Shown piece after piece: positions 28,709-37,797 of a DNA stretch of 64,000 nt. A program made the position numbers and the translations under genes. Source of the stretch: an uncultured Clostridia bacterium (lineage in GTDB: Bacteria > Bacillota > Clostridia > TANB77 > CAG-508); contig CATGLK010000011.1 of NCBI GenBank assembly GCA_949538735.1, positions 766 to 64,765 on the forward strand, read 5' to 3'. The notes under the pieces were generated by a model. That model had not been told where the DNA came from, made no database searches, and was given only the letters and a program-made list of their open reading frames with translations. The first letter of the stretch is position 1; each line of letters begins with the position of its first letter.

Positions 28709-30158
28709 TTAATCAGTTGTTACAATTATATTGGGAAAGTTCTCAGAAGACGTACGTACTTCTATATTTGAAGCCTCAAACTGCAACAACTTATCAATTA
28801 TAGTTTGGTCAAAAATTTCTCCTGGAGTAATTAACGGAATCCCTGGCGGATAAACCCAAACATACTCTTTAGAAATTTTATTTCTAACATCTTCTATATT
28901 AATCAATTCCGATTTCTCAGCAAAAATTGCATGGTTTATGCTCATAGCTTTTTCAGGGATATTGACTATATAATCTATTTCGTTAGTTTTTGTATGTTCC
29001 ACTTGATTGTCTATATCTTTCAGAGCTGTAATTAACCTTTTAAAATTTTCTTCACTATCACAAACGCTAGTCATTGCGATAATGTAGTTAATAGAACTCA
29101 TTTCTACTTCAATTTTATATTTATTTCTTAAAATATTTGCCAGTTCTTTTCCTGTAATATTTGTGTTTTTAGTTATTACAACAATTTTTCCTTTGTCATA
29201 TATAAGTTTGTCAGAAACAATATTTCCTAAGATTTTTAATTTCTTAAGACTTTTTGTTTCTTCATAAAATTCCTCTAATCTTTTATTATATTCTTCAAAT
29301 AGCTCTTTTCCTTGATTTTCTAGTATATTTAAGCATTCTTCAATAGAAGACATCAATATATAAGAAGGACTACTTGTTTCAAATATTGCCAATTGAGTTT
29401 CTATTTTCTTCTCGTCTACAAATTCACTATTTATGTGCATAATTGCTGTTTGCGTTAAAGCTGGTAATGTTTTGTGTAAACTTTGTATTACGATATCTGC
29501 TCCTGAATTCAGTGCTTCATATTGTTTTAAATTTTCATCAAAATTAAGATGTGCACCATGTGCTTCATCTACTAATACTGGTATTGAATATTTATGCGCT
29601 ATTTTTGCTATTTCTTTTATGTTGCTAATTACACCTTCATATGTTGGAGATGTTATTACAACAAGCTTTATATCTTGGTTTTGTTCTATTTTAGTTTGAA
29701 TTTCTTCAACAGATATTTCTTCTTCAATTCCATATTGGTTTATATTTGGCTTTAAATAAATTGGTTCTAAAAAGTTTAGCTCAATTGCATTGTACACAGA
29801 TTTATGGCAGTTTCTAGCAACTAGTATTTTGTCTCCGCGGTTTTACCACTGCTCTTATTCCTGCTAAAAGTCCACAAGTACTACCATTTACTAGTATAAA
29901 ACTTTTTGGGACTGTCCCAAAACGTCCGCATTCAAAACTTTTTTGGCCTGTCCCAAAAAGTTTTTGGGCTTTTTCTTGAATTTCTTTTATTACACCTTGT
30001 GAGTTATGTAAGTCGTCAAATCCGTCTATTTCTGTTATATCAATGTTGTATGGTAGTTTACTTCCCAATAATTCTGTGTTTCTTTTATGTCCTGGCATAT
30101 GCATTGGGCAATAGTTTTGTTTATTATAACTTTCTAATTTATTATATAAATTCTCCAT
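28709..30158 (-). CDS. Orn/Lys/Arg decarboxylase family protein (SpeA/YaaO-like, PLP-dependent), with one +1 frame break near 29837 and a 12-aa in-frame insertion
   Basis: HMPGHKRN...ITEIDGFDDLH...FILVNGSTCGLLAGIRAVVKP | GDKILVARNCHKSVYNAIELN...VLVDEAHGAH...SLHKTL. The two ORFs 29814..30158 and 28709..29797 join exactly at a CGG/GGA site. Confidence 0.8.
29888..29923. repeat. 36-nt in-frame insertion carrying the B-family palindrome core
   Basis: aaaactttttgggactgtcccaaaacgtccgcattc contains the perfect palindrome ttttgggac-t-gtcccaaaa. It encodes the extra ECGRFGTVPKSF between FGTGQKSF and ILVNGST, which are contiguous in homologues. Confidence 0.65.
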
Positions 30159-30211
30159 TTTATTTCCTCTTCTTGCTCTTCAGCAAGTTTATAGCATTTT
30201 TATTTTTTTGT

Positions 30212-31600
30212 CTAGCAAGTTGCTAACATTTCGTCTTCTTCCATTGCTTCTGCTATTTTTACCATAATTGCACATTCAATTCTTTTTTTGAATAATTTGC
30301 AACCATATTCATATACATTGTTTATACTACCTGTTGCATGGTAGGCATTTGCTGAACATCCACCACTGCAATATAGTTTTGCCCAACAGTCTTTACATTC
30401 TTTTCTTGAATATGCATTACATAGTTTAAATTCGTCTCTTATTTTTGTGTTTGTTACTCCGTCTTTTACATTTCCCATTAGAAATTTTTTATCTCCAACA
30501 AATTGGTGACATGGGTAGAAGTCTCCTGATGGCGTTACTGCTAAGTATTCTGTTCCTGAACCACATCCTGTTATTCTTTTATAAATACATGGTCCTGCTG
30601 ATAAGTCTATCATATAGTGGTAAAATGTAAATGGATTTCCTTGTTTTTTTCTTTTTATCATTTCTTTTGCTAATATTTCGTATTGCTCGTAGATTTTATC
30701 TAAGTCTTCTTCTTTTAGTCCGTATTCTGCGTCTGGACTTGATACTACTGGTTCCATTGATAGTTCTGTAAATCCAAGATCTGCCATATGGAATATGTCG
30801 TTTGTGAAATCTAGGTTATTTCTTGTGAATGTTCCTCTCATGTAGTATTCTTTGTTTCCTCTTTTTTCTACAAAATTTTTGAATTTTGGAACTATTATGT
30901 CATAACTTCCGTCTCCATTTAGTTTTTTTCTTAATCTGTCGTGAACTTCTTTTCTTCCATCAAGACTTAGTACCACATTGTTCATTTCTTTGTTTAGGAA
31001 GTCTATTACATCATCATCTAGAAGTACACCATTTGTTGTTAGTGTAAATCTGAAGTTCTTACCTGCTTCTTTTTCTATACTTCTTGCGTATTCTACTAAT
31101 TGTTTTACAACATCAAAGTTTACAAGTGGCTCTCCACCAAAAAAGTCTACTTCTAAGTTTTTTCTTGTTCCTGAGTTTTTCACTAAGAAATCTAATGCTT
31201 GTTTTCCAACTTCAAAACTCATCAATGCATCTTCTCCATGATATTTTCCTTGGCCTGCAAAGCAGTATTCGCAGTTTAGGTTACATGTGTGTGCTATGTG
31301 TAAACATAATGCTTTTACTACTGTGTCTCTTTTCTTTAAGTCTAGTTCTTTGTTTTCGAAGATGTCTTTTGTGAATAGTTTCCCTTCTTTTTTTAAGTTG
31401 TCTATTTCTTCAAATGTTTCTTCTATGTCTTTTTCTGTTATTTCTTCATATTTTTCTTGCATTTTTTGTTTTATTTCTTCTTTGCTTTTTGTTTCATATA
31501 ATTCAATTATGTCATAGCTTAGGTCGTCTACACAGTGTACTGCTCCGCTGTATGTGTCTAATACTATATTAAATCCGTTTAGTTTGTATTGGTGTATCAT
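30212..31600 (-). CDS. scfB: SCIFF radical SAM/SPASM maturase (thioether cross-link-forming)
   Basis: Start MIHQYKLNGFNIVLDTYSGAVHCVDD. CxxxCxxC radical SAM cluster (CNLNCEYC) and a Cys-rich SPASM C-terminus. Confidence 0.8.
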   Translation of the reverse strand: MIHQYKLNGFNIVLDTYSGAVHCVDDLSYDIIELYETKSKEEIKQKMQEKYEEITEKDIEETFEEIDNLKKEGKLFTKDIFENKELDLKKRDTVVKALCLHIAHTCNLNCEYCFAGQGKYHGEDALMSFEVGKQALDFLVKNSGTRKNLEVDFFGGEPLVNFDVVKQLVEYARSIEKEAGKNFRFTLTTNGVLLDDDVIDFLNKEMNNVVLSLDGRKEVHDRLRKKLNGDGSYDIIVPKFKNFVEKRGNKEYYMRGTFTRNNLDFTNDIFHMADLGFTELSMEPVVSSPDAEYGLKEEDLDKIYEQYEILAKEMIKRKKQGNPFTFYHYMIDLSAGPCIYKRITGCGSGTEYLAVTPSGDFYPCHQFVGDKKFLMGNVKDGVTNTKIRDEFKLCNAYSRKECKDCWAKLYCSGGCSANAYHATGSINNVYEYGCKLFKKRIECAIMVKIAEAMEEDEMLATC

Positions 31601-31695
31601 TTTTATTTCTCCTATTTTTATGATAATTTTCAAAATAAATTGCCGTTCCAAATTCTTTTATTTGGCGTCCGGCAATTCTTTTGTTTTTTATTTAA

Positions 31696-31842
31696 TTATT
31701 TGTTTGCGTTTTCGCATTTTTGGTTTGCTACTCCGCATGATGTTTTACATGCTGATTGGCATGATGTTTGGCATTCTCCACATCCACCGTTTTTTTCGCT
31801 TTCTTCTAAGTTTCTTGTTTTTATTGTTACTATTCTTTTCAT
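31696..31842 (-). CDS. scfA: SCIFF precursor peptide (six cysteines in forty-five residues)
   Basis: aggaggaaacaaaaaATG; MKRIVTIKTRNLEESEKNGGCGECQTSCQSACKTSCGVANQKCENANK. Six Cys in the C-terminal half. Not in the ORF track (48 aa). Confidence 0.8.
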   Translation of the reverse strand: MKRIVTIKTRNLEESEKNGGCGECQTSCQSACKTSCGVANQKCENANK

Positions 31843-31962
31843 TTTTTGTTTCCTCCTACTTTTTCATTGCTTTTTCTATTTTACCACGGATTGGAGGAAC
31901 TGTCAAATATTTAGTATAAAACTTCCCTATCGTAGTTGCTGCTATTGAAAATATATCTCCTT

Positions 31963-33183
31963 CTACAGTTGCCTCTGGAATATTTCTTCCAAGCATTCTA
32001 TTCTCTTTTTATATCCTTCATATAATTTGTTAATTTCTTCATCAGAAAGCTTAGTATAATTCTTGTATTCAACTAGCATTGACCTATAAAAATCAGCTAA
32101 TTCCTTTAATTTCTCAATTTGACTATCTGTTATATCTTTTTTTAATATTTTTTCTAATTTTTTACTTGAAATCAATTCTTTTGTAAAACATTTGACTTCA
32201 CCTTCTTTAAAATCCCAATAACTTGTTGTTACATTTGTATTCATACTTCTTCCAGTATCAAATATTGGACATATTCTTTTCCATTCTAGTGTTTTCACAT
32301 CTCTTATAATTCCAAAGTTATTTAAATGCCTATCTTCATTCAGCATAATATAATCCAACAAGAACATTTTCTGCAAGTACTCTTCTGCATTTGGAACATT
32401 GTGTTTTTTTAGTATTTGCAAATATGTGTAATAGTCTTCTATAGTTTTTGTTATTTTGCCTTTTTCTTCTGTTAGTATACTATGAGCTGGTATAATTTCT
32501 TCATTTTTATCTATTATGCATTTGCACACACTAACTAAATTGTCTTGCCTTTTGCTATGTATTATATCTATATAATATTCAACATATGGAACTTCTAAAA
32601 TTTCACATATCTTGCTTGCTAGCACTTCATTTATTGGCTCAAAGTTATGAATTGTTCCTGCTCCTTTATACAAATAGTTTTCATTATTTTGCTTTATCCA
32701 CACTTTTTTTAGTTGACCATTTGCAGTATTGTTTGGTGTTCTGTCTGAATGTTCATTTGAGGTTTGTTTTAGTGTTGTTCCTGCTCCACTACCATATGTG
32801 GCATCTGCGAAACTAAAGCTATTGTAATCTTTATCGAAATAGTTTATATCTTCCCATTGTAAATTGCTATTTTCTACTGGTTTAAACCAGTACTGGTCTG
32901 ATAATGATAATGCATAGTCTCTGCTTGTCAATTCTTTTATGTTACTAACACCAAATATCTCAATGATTTCTTTGACATTGTCTCTGTATACTGGTATTCC
33001 CCTTTCGTTAAACCAATTATTTAACTCAATTACTCTTTTTTCTTCATCTATGTTCTTTATGTTTAATGGGGCATATTCTATGTTGTATATTTCTTCTATA
33101 TTGGTTATTACATTTAAGTCTTTGTCAAATTCAAATTTTAATACTTCTGTATTTTGGTTCATTAAAACATATTTTTCCTTCAT
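31963..33183 (-). CDS. HipA-like Ser/Thr kinase domain protein with no HipB partner
   Basis: Catalytic loop LNEDRHLNNFG aligns with HipA GNTDDHAKNFS. 406 aa. No HTH gene on either side. Confidence 0.6.
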   Translation of the reverse strand: MKEKYVLMNQNTEVLKFEFDKDLNVITNIEEIYNIEYAPLNIKNIDEEKRVIELNNWFNERGIPVYRDNVKEIIEIFGVSNIKELTSRDYALSLSDQYWFKPVENSNLQWEDINYFDKDYNSFSFADATYGSGAGTTLKQTSNEHSDRTPNNTANGQLKKVWIKQNNENYLYKGAGTIHNFEPINEVLASKICEILEVPYVEYYIDIIHSKRQDNLVSVCKCIIDKNEEIIPAHSILTEEKGKITKTIEDYYTYLQILKKHNVPNAEEYLQKMFLLDYIMLNEDRHLNNFGIIRDVKTLEWKRICPIFDTGRSMNTNVTTSYWDFKEGEVKCFTKELISSKKLEKILKKDITDSQIEKLKELADFYRSMLVEYKNYTKLSDEEINKLYEGYKKRIECLEEIFQRQL

Positions 33184-33253
33184 TTATGACCTCTTTCTTT
33201 TATTTTAAAATCTCTATAAAAATTGATACTTCAATAATTATAGAGATTCTGTA

Positions 33254-33328
33254 TTGGTGACCCGTACGGGAATCGAACCCATGATTCCACCTTGAGAGGG
33301 TGGCGTCTTAGCCGCTTGACCAACGGGC
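33254..33328 (-). tRNA. tRNA-Glu (anticodon CUC)
   Basis: ggcccgttggtcaagcggctaagacgccaccCTCTCAAggtgg...cgggtcacca. Near-identical to Bacillus tRNA-Glu apart from the anticodon arm. 7-nt loop CUCUCAA. Confidence 0.8.
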
Positions 33329-33411
33329 CATATAAATTTAAAGTGCCTAATTATTTCGGCACTTTTATTTATATCATTTTTTTATCGATACGTCAAGACA
33401 AATTAATCAAA

Positions 33412-33816
33412 TCAGTCAAATATTTTGTCAAAAATTTCTTTTAATCTATCTTCTCTTCCATTTAAATATAAGTAACCTATTAAAGCCTCAAACGCAGTAG
33501 CATACATATAATCTTTAACATCACAGTTTTTAGGTAAATGGTGATTTTCTGCGTTTCTTCCACGTCTAATTATATCTTTTTCTTCTTCTGTCAAATCTTC
33601 CATAATGCTTTTCAAAAATTCTGCTTGTGCCTGTGCTTTAACATATTTTATTGATTCTATATGTAACTTATGTGGTTTTAAATTTGTTTTATTTATAAGT
33701 TCTGTTCTGATAAATAACTCATATACGCAATCTCCCACGTATGCCCATGTAAGTGGAGACATCATATTAACTTCAGTCTCACTCTTTTCTAAATTTATAA
33801 ATTTCATTAATTTCAA
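33412..33816 (-). CDS. mrnC: Mini-ribonuclease 3
   Basis: LTWAYVGDCVYELFIR motif. 134 aa. Confidence 0.75.
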   Translation of the reverse strand: MKLMKFINLEKSETEVNMMSPLTWAYVGDCVYELFIRTELINKTNLKPHKLHIESIKYVKAQAQAEFLKSIMEDLTEEEKDIIRRGRNAENHHLPKNCDVKDYMYATAFEALIGYLYLNGREDRLKEIFDKIFD

Positions 33817-33828
33817 GTCTCCTTTCTG

Positions 33829-33927
33829 TCCATCGGGGACGTTTCCTTTTGGACATTTTTGTCCACTTGGGACACTTCTTTAATTTCATTAGTGATGTTT
33901 TTTTGCTCCGTCCCCAAAAGCATCACT
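33829..33927. repeat. C-family repeat copy C3 (reverse orientation) plus an adjacent palindrome
   Basis: ggggacgtttccttttggacatttttgtccacttgggacac, then agtgatg...ctccgtccccaaaagcatcact. Confidence 0.7.
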
Positions 33928-34825
33928 CTAATGTTATTTTCCCTAGTTTTCCATTTTTGAATTCATCTAATATTATTCTTGATGTTTTTTCTTCGTCTAT
34001 GTTTCCGCCTGAAATTATACATCCTCTTTTTCTGCCTATTTCTAGCATTATTTCATATATATTGATGTTTTCTGCTTGTTCTTGATTTAGTGTTTCTTTT
34101 ATGTAACTTTCAGTTAGTCCATATCTTTCTATTAGCTTTTCTTGATAATTTTCTAATAAGAATTTTACTAATTGATATGCTATTTCTGTTCTTTGTAGTA
34201 TATCTTCTTTTATTGTTCCTGTAAATGCTAGTTTTAGTGCTACGTCTTCACTTTCAAATTTTGGCCATAATACTCCTGGTGTGTCTAATAGTTCTATTTT
34301 GTCGTTTATTCGTATCCATTGTTTTTGTTTTGTTACTCCTGGCTTGTTTCCTACTCCTGCTGTTGTACTTTTTGATATTCTATTTATGAATGATGATTTT
34401 CCTACGTTTGGTATTCCTAGTATCATTGCTCTTATTTTTCTGCCTATTCTTCCTTTTTCTGCCTGTTTTTGCATTTGCTCTTCCATTATTTTTTCTATTT
34501 CTTTTATGCAGTTTTCTATTCCTTTTCCTGTGTTTGAGTCTGTTAACACTGCTGGTATTCCTTGTTTTTTGAAGTAGCTTATCCATTGGCTGTTTTTCTT
34601 TTCGTCTGCTAGGTCACATTTATTTAACACTACTATTTTTTTCTTTCCTGCTGTTATTCTTGCTATGTCTGGGTTTTGACTTGCCTTTGGTATTCTTGCG
34701 TCTAGTAGTTCTATTACTATGTCTACCATTTTTAGGTCTGCTTCTATTTGTTTTCTTGTTTTTGCCATGTGACCTGGATACCAGTTTATGTTTGTTTTTG
34801 ATATTGTTTCTTCTTTTTTATTCAT
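33923..34825 (-). CDS. rbgA: Ribosome biogenesis GTPase A (YlqF)
   Basis: INWYPGHMAK, circularly permuted GTPase motifs NKCDL ... GIPNVGKSS. Confidence 0.85.
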   Translation of the reverse strand: MNKKEETISKTNINWYPGHMAKTRKQIEADLKMVDIVIELLDARIPKASQNPDIARITAGKKKIVVLNKCDLADEKKNSQWISYFKKQGIPAVLTDSNTGKGIENCIKEIEKIMEEQMQKQAEKGRIGRKIRAMILGIPNVGKSSFINRISKSTTAGVGNKPGVTKQKQWIRINDKIELLDTPGVLWPKFESEDVALKLAFTGTIKEDILQRTEIAYQLVKFLLENYQEKLIERYGLTESYIKETLNQEQAENINIYEIMLEIGRKRGCIISGGNIDEEKTSRIILDEFKNGKLGKITLE

Positions 34826-34978
34826 TAATTTAACCTTCTCTCATTTTTAACTGTACCCTATTTTCATACAGTTACTCACTTAAATATTATAATACAAAAA
34901 CCAATATTTTTCAATAATTAGAGCCATATTAGGGCAAAAAAGAAACTAACTTTAAAAATTAGTTTCTTTCTTACACAA

Positions 34979-35464
34979 CTACAAAGTCCTGTAATTATTC
35001 TTATCAGCCCTTTCATCAAGCTGTCTATCATATTGCTCATTAGTATGAAACCAATCAGTTTTCTTATCCTTTGGATTATTCTTTCTGCTCTTATCCATAA
35101 GTAAATCTAACATAACTGCTACTGCCAAAATTATTCCAACCAATGATATAAATAAATTAGCATATGCATTTATATCAACATTTCCTTCTACTGCTGACAT
35201 TATTACTTGTATGTTATTTACTACATCTACACCAAAGTACATTCCATAACCTAATAGATAAATTAGTCCTCCTGCTATTTTTCTTTTTATTACTAATACT
35301 AAACTTAATAATGCAACAAATAGCAATACTATCTCAAATGTTTGGTTTAATGGTGCTATTCCACCTAAATCCCAGTGTAGTTCTCCTGCAAGTGCTACTA
35401 TTATTCTGAATACCCAAAACATTATCATAAACATTACTAACATCCACGTTGAAAAGTTTTTCAT
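34979..35464 (-). CDS. Hypothetical integral membrane protein
   Basis: 161 aa with 4 predicted TM segments. Confidence 0.4.
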   Translation of the reverse strand: MKNFSTWMLVMFMIMFWVFRIIVALAGELHWDLGGIAPLNQTFEIVLLFVALLSLVLVIKRKIAGGLIYLLGYGMYFGVDVVNNIQVIMSAVEGNVDINAYANLFISLVGIILAVAVMLDLLMDKSRKNNPKDKKTDWFHTNEQYDRQLDERADKNNYRTL

Positions 35465-35541
35465 TTGTTTTCCTCCTTTATTTGTAAAAAGTGAAGTAAA
35501 AGAATTTTATTCTTTCCTTCACCTTTACCTTTTATATTTTA

Positions 35542-35847
35542 TTAGTCTACAAAGTCAAAGTCATCTTTGAATTTTTCTTTGAATATTTCAAATACTTTGT
35601 TTAATATTTCTTCGTCGTCGATGCTTACATATGATTCTTTTTCTTCGTCTTCTTCACTGTCTTCTAGTTTTAATATTACTACTTCTCCCTCTTCTTCTTC
35701 GCCTTCTTCTGTAATTGGTAGTAATACTACGTATTGTTCATCGTCTAATTCTACTAAATCTAAAAATTCAAAGTTTACTTCGTTTCCTTCTTCATCATAT
35801 AATTGTACTATGTTATCTAGTTCTTCTCCCTCGTAATTTTCTTCCAT
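35542..35847 (-). CDS. DUF1292 acidic protein
   Basis: 101 aa, very acidic. Conserved neighbour of ruvX. Confidence 0.7.
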   Translation of the reverse strand: MEENYEGEELDNIVQLYDEEGNEVNFEFLDLVELDDEQYVVLLPITEEGEEEEGEVVILKLEDSEEDEEKESYVSIDDEEILNKVFEIFKEKFKDDFDFVD

Positions 35848-35936
35848 TTCTTTCTCCTTTCATATTTATATATTTTTTAAATATAATATCGTAATTTTAT
35901 TTTTTTTGCAATATATTTTTAACATTTCTTATATTT

Positions 35937-36368
35937 TTATTGTTCTTTAAGATTTTTCATTTTGTTTAAGTATGTCTCTAAAATATATACTGCAGATATA
36001 GTATCTACTATATTTCGCTTTTTATTCTTGTTGACTTCTAAAAAATTCATTGTTTTATGAGCTTCAACTGTTGTTAGCCTTTCATCTATTGTTTCTATCT
36101 TCATTTTGTTGTATTTACATTTCAATTTGTGTACAAATTGTTCTGTTATTTTGGCTCTTTCTGACATTGTTCCATTCATATTAAGTGGCATTCCTACTAC
36201 TATTGTGTCTACTTCATATTTTTCAAATATTTCGTCTAGCCTTCTTAATATTACTTTATCTGAGCCGTTTCTTTGTATTGTTTCTAGTCCTTGTGCTGTT
36301 ATTCCCAATAAATCTGTTACAGCTATTCCAACTCTTGCTTCTCCATAATCTATTCCTAATATTCTCAT
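35937..36368 (-). CDS. ruvX: Holliday-junction resolvase-like RNase YqgF/RuvX
   Basis: MRILGIDYGEARVGIAVTD. Confidence 0.85.
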   Translation of the reverse strand: MRILGIDYGEARVGIAVTDLLGITAQGLETIQRNGSDKVILRRLDEIFEKYEVDTIVVGMPLNMNGTMSERAKITEQFVHKLKCKYNKMKIETIDERLTTVEAHKTMNFLEVNKNKKRNIVDTISAVYILETYLNKMKNLKEQ

Positions 36369-36371
36369 GGT

Positions 36372-36626
36372 TTAGTCTTCTAGCCCTATATAATCTTTTA
36401 CCATTTTTTCAAGTAGTTCGTCTCTTTCTATTGCTCTTATTTTATTTCTTGCGTCATTATGGCTTGTGATGTATGTTGGGTCTCCTGATAATATATAGCC
36501 AACAATTTGATTTATTGGATTATATCCTTTTTCTACTAATGCTTCATATACCTCTTTTAGTATTTCTCTGCATTTTGTATTTTCTTCTCTTTCTACTTGA
36601 AAGTGCATTGTTTTGTCAAATTCCAT
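36372..36626 (-). CDS. IreB-family regulatory phosphoprotein (UPF0297)
   Basis: 84 aa. Conserved position next to ruvX. Confidence 0.7.
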   Translation of the reverse strand: MEFDKTMHFQVEREENTKCREILKEVYEALVEKGYNPINQIVGYILSGDPTYITSHNDARNKIRAIERDELLEKMVKDYIGLED

Positions 36627-36646
36627 AGTTATAATCCTCCTTTAAT

Positions 36647-37774
36647 TTATATATTTGTTATATCGCTTTCATTTATGTCAGCGCTATCTAAGTATTCTTC
36701 TAATTTTTTCAATACTTTTTCTATTCCTGTACCTTTATAATATGAAGATATTACAAAGTTTAATCTTGGTGTTGCAACTTGTTCTACTTGTTTTTTCTTC
36801 GCTATCTTTTTCTTAGGCTCTTCATATACTTGTGGTTCTTCTTCTAGTTTTATTGGTGTTGTTTCTATTTTTTCTTTGATTTCATTTAAGAAATCTGCTA
36901 CACCTGTTGCGTCTACACCTGAGAATGCAATTACAAATTTTGGCCCCATATATCTTACAAATACGTATTCATCTGATAGGTTTTCTTTTATATATTTGCT
37001 TATTTCTGTAATTACTTTGTTTCCCAAATCTCTAGAATATTGCTTATTTATTTGTTGTATGTTTGTTACTTTGAACATACACATTGTTGATATTGTATAT
37101 TGTTCTATTATTTTTTTGCCTTCACCATATAGATATGCTTCTGAATTTAGTCCTGTAAATTGGTCTTCTCTTACTATTGATTCTAGTGTTTTTTGATGTA
37201 CTACTGTTTTTAGTACTGCAACAATGTTTTCTTTTATTATTTCTAATACTGTTATATCTATGTTATCAAAGTCGTGTGGTGTTCCGCTTTCTATTATCCA
37301 ATATCCAATATATACATTATCTATATATAGTGGGAAAAATATAGCTGATTTTGCTCTTCCAAATTCCATTTGTTGATATGGTAATCTTTCATTTTCATTG
37401 TTTACTGTTACTGATTTTGGAACAGCGGCTTCTATACTGTCTTTAAACATTTCTACTTTATGCAAGTTTCTTAATGAATCCCAGTGTTTTGGGTCTACAT
37501 TAGATGTTTTTACTTGATATTCTGCTCCATCATATACAACTATTGTTGAGTATTTGATTTCATATCTTTCTATTAAAATGTCATTTATTTTCTTTATTTT
37601 GTTTTCTACTGTTGATGTTTCTCCTATTGCGTTTATGAAATCTTGCACAACATTTAAGTTTCTAATTTTTTGATTTAAATTGTTAAATTTTTGTATTTTT
37701 TTGTGTATCGTTATATTGTACACTATTAGTCCAAATATAACTACCACTAATACTATAACTACTGCTATTATCAC
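36647..37774 (-). CDS. Membrane-anchored protein with a degenerate GGDEF-like domain
   Basis: N-terminal TM segment. The C-terminal region aligns loosely to diguanylate cyclases, with VRYMGPKFVIAF in place of GGDEF. Confidence 0.4.
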   Translation of the reverse strand: MIIAVVIVLVVVIFGLIVYNITIHKKIQKFNNLNQKIRNLNVVQDFINAIGETSTVENKIKKINDILIERYEIKYSTIVVYDGAEYQVKTSNVDPKHWDSLRNLHKVEMFKDSIEAAVPKSVTVNNENERLPYQQMEFGRAKSAIFFPLYIDNVYIGYWIIESGTPHDFDNIDITVLEIIKENIVAVLKTVVHQKTLESIVREDQFTGLNSEAYLYGEGKKIIEQYTISTMCMFKVTNIQQINKQYSRDLGNKVITEISKYIKENLSDEYVFVRYMGPKFVIAFSGVDATGVADFLNEIKEKIETTPIKLEEEPQVYEEPKKKIAKKKQVEQVATPRLNFVISSYYKGTGIEKVLKKLEEYLDSADINESDITNI

Positions 37775-37797
37775 TTATTTTCCCCTTTCAGTACATT

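Noticed and set aside
31843-33253. Search for a HipB/Xre antitoxin next to the HipA-like gene.
   Set aside because: No ORF with an HTH was found in the 120-bp upstream and 70-bp downstream spacers. The neighbours are the SCIFF peptide and tRNA-Glu.
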